Shown in pieces: positions 57,969 to 64,000 of a stretch of 64,000 nt of DNA (position 1 is its first letter; each line of letters starts with the position of its first letter). Source of the stretch: an uncultured beta proteobacterium (lineage in GTDB: Bacteria; Pseudomonadota; Gammaproteobacteria; Burkholderiales; Casimicrobiaceae); NCBI GenBank assembly GCA_963829775.1, contig CAWHJY010000007.1:176049-240048 (forward strand). Reading direction: 5' to 3'. Below the pieces are notes generated by a model. That model had not been told where the DNA came from, ran no database searches, and was given only the letters and a program-made list of their open reading frames with translations. A program made the translations under genes and the position numbers.

Positions 57969-60806
57969 GCATGATGAAGGACTTCGAGTCGACGTCGACG
58001 CTGTTCGGCGCCAACGTCCCGTTCATCGAGGAGCAGTACGAGCGCTACCTGGCCGACCCGGCGACGGTCCCCGGCGACTGGCGCGCGTACTTCGACACGC
58101 TGCGGGGCGGCGCGGCCGACGTGGCGCACGCGCCGGTGATCGAGTCCTTCATCCAGCTCGGCAAGAGCCGGAAGGTGGCCGGCGCGATGGTCGACTCGAC
58201 CACGATGCACAAGCAGGTGCAGGTCCTGCAGATGATCGGCAAGTACCGGACGCTGGGCATGTTCCACGCCGACATCGACCCGCTCAAGCGCGCCGAGAAG
58301 CCCTACATCGCCGACCTCGACCTCTCGACCTACGCCTTCACCGAGGCCGACTACGACACCGAGTTCGACGTCGGATCGTTCAAGGGCGGCGCGCCCAGGA
58401 TGAAGCTGCGGGACCTGGTCGCCGCGCTGCGCGAAACCTACTGCCGGACCTTCGGCGCCGAGTACATGTACATCGCCGACACCGCGGTCAAGCGGTTCGT
58501 GCAGGCACGGCTCGAGCCGATCCACTCGCGGCCGTCGTATTCGGCCGACCGGCAGCGGCACATCCTCGAGCGGCTGACCGCCGCGGAGACGCTCGAGCGC
58601 TACCTGCACACGAAGTACGTCGGCCAGAAGCGCTTTTCCGGCGAGGGCGGCGAGACGATGATCCCGATGCTCGACCACCTGATCCAGATCGCCGGTGCGG
58701 CCGGCGTGCAGGAGACGGTCATCGGGATGGCGCACCGCGGGCGGCTGAACGTCCTGGTCAACACCTTCGGCAAGATGCCGCGCGACCTGTTCTCGGAGTT
58801 CGAGGGCAGGCACACCCAGGAACTGCTGGCCGGGGACGTGAAGTACCACCAGGGCTTCTCGTCCGACGTGGTCACCCCCGGCGGCCCGATGCACATCACG
58901 CTCGCGTTCAACCCGTCGCACCTCGAGGCGGTGAACCCGGTCGTCGAGGGCTCGGTGCGCGCGCGCCAGCAGCGGAAGGGCGACACCCGCGGCGACCTGG
59001 TGCTCCCGGTGCTCATCCACGGCGACGCCGCCGTGGCGGGCCAGGGCGTGCTGCAGGAGGTGCTCAACATGGCGTCGACCCGCGGCTACTACACCGGGGG
59101 CACGATCCACATCGTCATCAACAACCAGATCGGCTTCACCACGTCGGACCCGCGCGACACCCGGGGCACGCTGTACTGCACCGACATCGCGAAGATGGTC
59201 GACGCGCCGATCTTCCACGTCAACGCCGACGATCCCGAAGTCTGCCTGCTCGCGATCGAACTGGCGATGGAATTCCGGCAGGCGTTCCACAAGGACGTGT
59301 TCATCGACCTCGTCTGCTTCCGCCGGCTCGGCCACAACGAGGCCGACGAGCCGATGGTCACGCAGCCGCTGATGTACAAGCGGATCGCGACGCATCCGGG
59401 CACGCGGCGGCTCTACGCCGACCGCCTGCTCGCCGCGGGCGCCGTCGCGGAGGGCGACGCCGACGCGATGATCGCGACGTACCGCGAAGCGATGGACAAG
59501 GGCCTGCACACCAACACGACGATCCTGTCGAACTACAAGCACCCCTACCAGATCGACTGGAGCGTCTACAAGGGACACCACTGGACCGTCGCCGGCGACA
59601 CCCGCGTGCCGATGCGGACGCTCAAGTCGCTGGCGAAGAAGGTCACCGAGGTGCCCGACGGGGTTCAAGCTGCATTCGCGCGTCGAGAAGGTGATCGCCG
59701 ACCGGCGCGCGATGGCCGACGGCAAGCTGGCGCTCGACTGGGGCATGGGCGAGACGCTCGCCTACGCGACGCTGCTCAACGACGGCTACGGCGTGCGCCT
59801 GTCGGGCGAGGACGTCGGCCGCGGCACGTTCACGCACCGGCATTCCGTGCTGCACGACCAGAACCGCGAGAAGTGGGATTCCGGGACGTGGATTCCGCTG
59901 CAGCACCTGAAGCCGGGACAGCCGACGATCGAGATCATCGATTCGGTGCTCACCGAGTACGGCGTCGTCGGCTTCGAGTACGGCTACGCGACGTCCGAGC
60001 CGAACCGCCTGGTGATCTGGGAGGCCCAGTTCGGCGACTTCGCCAACGTCGCGCAGGTCGTCATCGACCAGTTCATCAGCTCGGGCGAGGCCAAGTGGGG
60101 CCGCATCTGCGGCCTGACGCTGCTGCTGCCGCACGGCTACGAGGGGCAGGGACCCGAGCACTCCTCGGCGCGCCCCGAACGCTTCCTGCAGCTCTCCGCC
60201 GAGCACAACATGCAGGTGGTCGTCCCGACGACGCCGGCGCAGATCTACCACCTGCTGCGGCGCCAGATGGTGCGGCCGTTCCGCAAGCCGCTGGTCGTGA
60301 TGAGCCCGAAGAGCCTGCTGCGGCACAAGGAAGCGGTGTCGACGCTCGAGGAGCTCGCGGACGGCGCGTTCCAGACCGTCATCGGCGAAACCGCCAAGGT
60401 CACGGCGAAGAACGTGCGGCGCGTCATCGTCTGCTGCGGCAAGGTCTACTACGAGCTCGCGGCGTACCGGAGGGAGCACAAGATCGACGATGTCGCCATC
60501 GTCCGCGTGGAGCAGCTCTATCCCTTCCCGCATGCCGACTTCAAGGCGGCGATGGCGAGATTCCCGAACGTCAAGGAAGTCGTCTGGTGCCAGGAAGAGC
60601 CGCAGAACCAGGGCGCGTGGTATCGGCTGCGCGCGTACTTCCGCGCCGACATCACCCCGAAGGCGGTGCTCGCCTACGCGGGCCGGCCGGTGTCGGCGTC
60701 GCCGGCGGTCGGCTACATGTCCAAGCACGTCTCCCGCCAGCAGCAGCTGGTCGAGGACGCCTTCGCCAGGAAGCTGTCCGCCGGCGAGATGCTCGTCGGC
60801 ACCTAA
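57965..60806 (+). CDS. sucA: 2-oxoglutarate dehydrogenase E1 component; 1-nt indel in a GGGG run near 59663
   Basis: [11 protein letters not shown]…TPP-binding…KKVTEVPDG in the frame of ORF 56795-61273, then [38 protein letters not shown]… to the C-terminus as ORF 59691-60806. Confidence 0.9.
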
Positions 60807-60821
60807 CGAGGAAGCACGTTC

Positions 60822-62067
60822 ATGCGAGTCGAAGTCAAGGTCCCACAGCTTCCCGAGTCGGTCGCCGAGGCGACGCTCGTCAGCTGGCACAAGCAGCCGG
60901 GCGACGCGGTCCGGCGCGACGAGAACCTGATCGATGTCGAGACCGACAAGGTCGTGCTCGAACTGCCGGCGCCGGACGGCGGCGTGCTGGTCGAGATCGT
61001 GCGTCCGAACGGTGCGACCGTCGCGAGCGGGGAGGTGATCGCCGTCATCGACACCGCCGCCACGGCCGCCGCCGCGCCCGCTGCGTCGGCTTCGAAGCCG
61101 GCCGCCGCATCCGCCGCGCCCGCCGCCGCGACGGTCGCCCGGCGCTCCGCCGCGCGCGGCGACGACGGCGACCGCGCTGCCCGCGGCGCGCAAGCTGCTC
61201 GCCGAGACCGGGATCGAGCCGGCGACGGTGGAAGGCACCGGCCGTGGCGGACGCATCACCAAGGGCGACGTGATCGCCGCGGTCGGGGCCGGGGCGGCGC
61301 CGGCCGCGCCGCAGACGCCGTCCGCGAGGCCCGCGCCCGCCGCCCGGCCCGCCCCGGCGTCGGGCGTGCGTCCGGAGCAGCGCGTGCCGATGTCCCGCCT
61401 GCGCCAGCGCGTCGCCGAGAGGCTCGTCGCCTCGCAGTCCACCGCCGCGATCCTGACCACGTTCAACGAGGTCAACATGCAGCCGGTGATCGACTTGCGC
61501 AACCGGTACAAGGACCGCTTCGAGAAGGAGCACGGCGTGAAGCTCGGCTTCATGGGCTTCTTCGTCAAGGCGGCCGTGCACGCGCTGAAGAAATATCCGG
61601 CGGTGAACGCTTCGATCGACGGCAGCGACATCGTGTATCACGGCTACTTCGACATCGGCATCGCCGTCGGCAGCCCGCGCGGCCTCGTGGTGCCGATCCT
61701 GCGCGACGCCGACCAGATGTCGATCGCCGAGATCGAGAAGCAGATCGCCGACTACGGCAAGCGCGCCGGCGAGGGCAAGCTCACGGTCGAGGAACTGACC
61801 GGCGGCACCTACACGATCAGCAACGGCGGCGTGTTCGGCTCGATGCTGTCGACGCCGATCATCAATCCGCCGCAGTCGGCAATCCTCGGCGTGCATGCGA
61901 CCAAGGAGCGCGCGGTGGTCGAGAACGGCCAGGTCGTCGTGCGCCCGGTGAACTACCTCGCGCAGTCGTACGACCACCGGATCATCGACGGCCGCGAAGC
62001 GGTGCTGTCGCTGGTCGCGATCAAGGATGCGCTGGAGGATCCGGCGCGCCTGCTGCTGGATCTCTGA
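60822..62067 (+). CDS. sucB: Dihydrolipoyllysine-residue succinyltransferase (E2o); 1-nt frameshift in the Ala-rich linker near 61140-61165
   Basis: Lipoyl domain [47 protein letters not shown] (ORF 60822 frame), then …[34 protein letters not shown]…catalytic domain…[11 protein letters not shown] as ORF 61228-62067. Confidence 0.9.
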
Positions 62068-62071
62068 CGCC

Positions 62072-63505
62072 ATGGCCGACACCGCATTCGACGTCGTCGT
62101 CATCGGCGGCGGCCCCGGCGGCTACATCGCGGCGATCCGCGCCGCGCAGCTCGGGTTTCGCACCGCCTGCATCGACGACTGGAGTCGCGCCGACGGCAAG
62201 CCGGCGCCGGGCGGCACCTGCACCAACGTCGGCTGCATTCCATCGAAGGCGCTGCTGCAGTCGTCCGAGAACTACGAGCACGCCGGACACGCTTTCGCCG
62301 ACCACGGCATCGAGGTCAAGGGACTCTCGCTCGACGTCGCGCGGATGCTCGCGCGCAAGGACAGGGTCGTCGCGCAGAACAACGCCGGCATCCTCCACCT
62401 GTTCAAGAAGAACAAGGTCGCGTTCTTCCACGGCACGGGCTCGTTCACCGGACCACGCACCGACGCGGGGTGGCCCATCGCCGTCGCCGGGCCCGCAGCG
62501 GCGACGCTGACGGCGGCGCACGTCGTCGTCGCCACCGGGTCGAGGCCGCGGGCGCTGCCCGGGGTGGCGATCGACAACCGGCTCGTGCTCGACAACGCCG
62601 GGGCGCTGGCGCTGCCCGCGGTCCCGAAGCGCCTGGGGGTCGTCGGCGCAGGCGTCATCGGCCTCGAGATGGGCAGCGTGTGGCGCCGTCTGGGCGCGCA
62701 GGTGACGGTGCTCGAGGCGCTGCCGGCGTTCCTCGGCGCCGTCGACGAGGCGGTCGCGAAGGAGGCGCTGAAGCTTTTCACCAAGCAGGGGCTCGCGATC
62801 CACACGGGGGTCGCGATCACCGCGGTCACGCCCGCGAAGGACGAGGTCAGGGTGGCGTACACCGATGCGGCCGGCAAGGCGCAGGATGTCGTGTTCGACC
62901 GGCTGATCGTGTCGATCGGACGGGTGCCCCACACCGAAGGGCTCGGCGCGCAGGCCGCCGGACTCAAGCTCGACGCCCGCGGGTTCGTCGAGGTCGACGC
63001 CGAATGCCGCACCAATCTCCCGCAGGTATGGGCGGTCGGCGACGTCGTTCGCGGACCGATGCTCGCGCACAAGGCCGAGGAGGAGGGGGTCGCCGTCGCC
63101 GAGCGCATCTCGGGCCAGCACGGCCACGTCGATTTCAACACGGTGCCGTGGGTCATCTACACGGCGCCGGAGATCGCCTGGGTCGGGCAGACGGAGCAGC
63201 AGCTCAGGGCCGCCGGCGTCGCGTACCGGTCCGGCACGTTCCCGTTCCTCGCCAACGGCCGCGCGCGTGCGCTGGGCGACACCGCGGGGTTCGTGAAGAT
63301 CCTCGCCGACGCGAAGTCCGACCGGATCCTCGGCATGCACGTCATAGGCCCGATGGCGTCGGAGCTCATCGCCGAGGGCGTCGTGGCCATGGAGTTCGGC
63401 GCATCGAGCGAGGATCTGGCGCGCATCTGCCATGCCCATCCCTCGCTGTCGGAGGCAACCAGGGAGGCGGCGCTGGCGGTCGACGGCCGCGCGCTGAATT
63501 TCTGA
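62072..63505 (+). CDS. lpdA: Dihydrolipoyl dehydrogenase (E3)
   Basis: [18 protein letters not shown]…[13 protein letters not shown] (redox disulfide)…HAHPSLSE. 477 aa, intact. Confidence 0.93.
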   Translation: MADTAFDVVVIGGGPGGYIAAIRAAQLGFRTACIDDWSRADGKPAPGGTCTNVGCIPSKALLQSSENYEHAGHAFADHGIEVKGLSLDVARMLARKDRVVAQNNAGILHLFKKNKVAFFHGTGSFTGPRTDAGWPIAVAGPAAATLTAAHVVVATGSRPRALPGVAIDNRLVLDNAGALALPAVPKRLGVVGAGVIGLEMGSVWRRLGAQVTVLEALPAFLGAVDEAVAKEALKLFTKQGLAIHTGVAITAVTPAKDEVRVAYTDAAGKAQDVVFDRLIVSIGRVPHTEGLGAQAAGLKLDARGFVEVDAECRTNLPQVWAVGDVVRGPMLAHKAEEEGVAVAERISGQHGHVDFNTVPWVIYTAPEIAWVGQTEQQLRAAGVAYRSGTFPFLANGRARALGDTAGFVKILADAKSDRILGMHVIGPMASELIAEGVVAMEFGASSEDLARICHAHPSLSEATREAALAVDGRALNF

Positions 63506-63759
63506 GATGGCCGGCCCGGGTTGCGCGGAATCGACGGCGGCGGCGCCCGCGGAGTCGCGCAGGCCGCGACCGGGCAGATCGCGCCGCACGTAGAATGACG
63601 GGACGGCGACGCCCCGCGGACTCGGCGCGAGGGCCGCGACCATGACGCACCCCGAGTACGAATCCCGACGAGACATGCCGGCCATGAGTTCCGCAGGCAG
63701 CGGATGCGGAGGCGGCGACCGCGGGCGCTGGCGCTCGCCGGGGCCGAAGGACCGCGCGG

Positions 63760-64000
63760 CATGACGACCGCGGCTCGCGCGCCGAAGCATGCTGCCGCTG
63801 CGGCGCCGCGCGGAATCGCCGGGCACCTGGCTCCGATCCTCGCCGCGCGCGGCACGGTCCTCGACCGTGCGCAGCAGGACGCCGTTGCTCGGCTGCAGCG
63901 GCTGGCCGACGAGCTCGCCGCGTTCCGCGCCGCGCGGGAATCGAAGCTAAAGCGGCTGTTCGCCGCGCCGGAGCCGCCGCGCGGCGTCTACCTCTGGGGC
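63760..64000 (+). CDS. zapE: Cell division protein ZapE (AFG1-family ATPase), 5' part; gene continues past the window end
   Basis: MTTAARAPKH…LAPILAARGTVLDRAQQDAVARLQRLADELAAFRAARESKLKRLFAAPEPPRGVYLWG. The window ends just before the Walker A motif; zapE conventionally follows lpdA in this cluster. Confidence 0.7.

Overview
High-GC (~68-70%) proteobacterial chromosomal window. Gene order looks Burkholderiales-like (inference from the mdh-citE-prpD-acnA / gntR-sdhCDAB-sdhE-gltA-sucAB-lpdA-zapE TCA supercluster). It is mostly core metabolism and housekeeping: serC-serA; class Ia RNR nrdAB with NrdR boxes; TCA enzymes; ttcA; msrB; and an OmpR-type two-component system next to a DegP/MucD protease. 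Accessory content: an S1C protease-MoxR-DUF58 module; a menA-like prenyltransferase; an orphan SBP_5 protein; a large secreted PQQ beta-propeller protein with three C-terminal SLH repeats; a fused indolepyruvate:ferredoxin oxidoreductase; a prolyl oligopeptidase; PdeM plus an Lhr-like helicase (a split ligase-associated DNA damage response cluster with no ligase in the window); an Arc-RHH / membrane / SPFH trio; a ParA-like ATPase coupled to an RlmN-family radical SAM enzyme; and a DUF2442 minigene between nrdA and nrdB. Two observations across the window. (1) At least 15 conserved genes are broken by single-nucleotide indels, mostly in G/C runs, which argues for assembly indel error rather than pseudogenisation. 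(2) A ~26-bp REP-like repeat (GGGGTCAGGTCGAATTTTG core) occurs four times as two inverted pairs and even supplies the stop codons of two genes. Many of the long ORFs in the six-frame track are GC-driven artefacts overlapping real genes in other frames. No tRNA/rRNA genes, CRISPR arrays or transposases were recognised. I found no clear novel multi-gene system; the findings list ranks what is most worth a second look.
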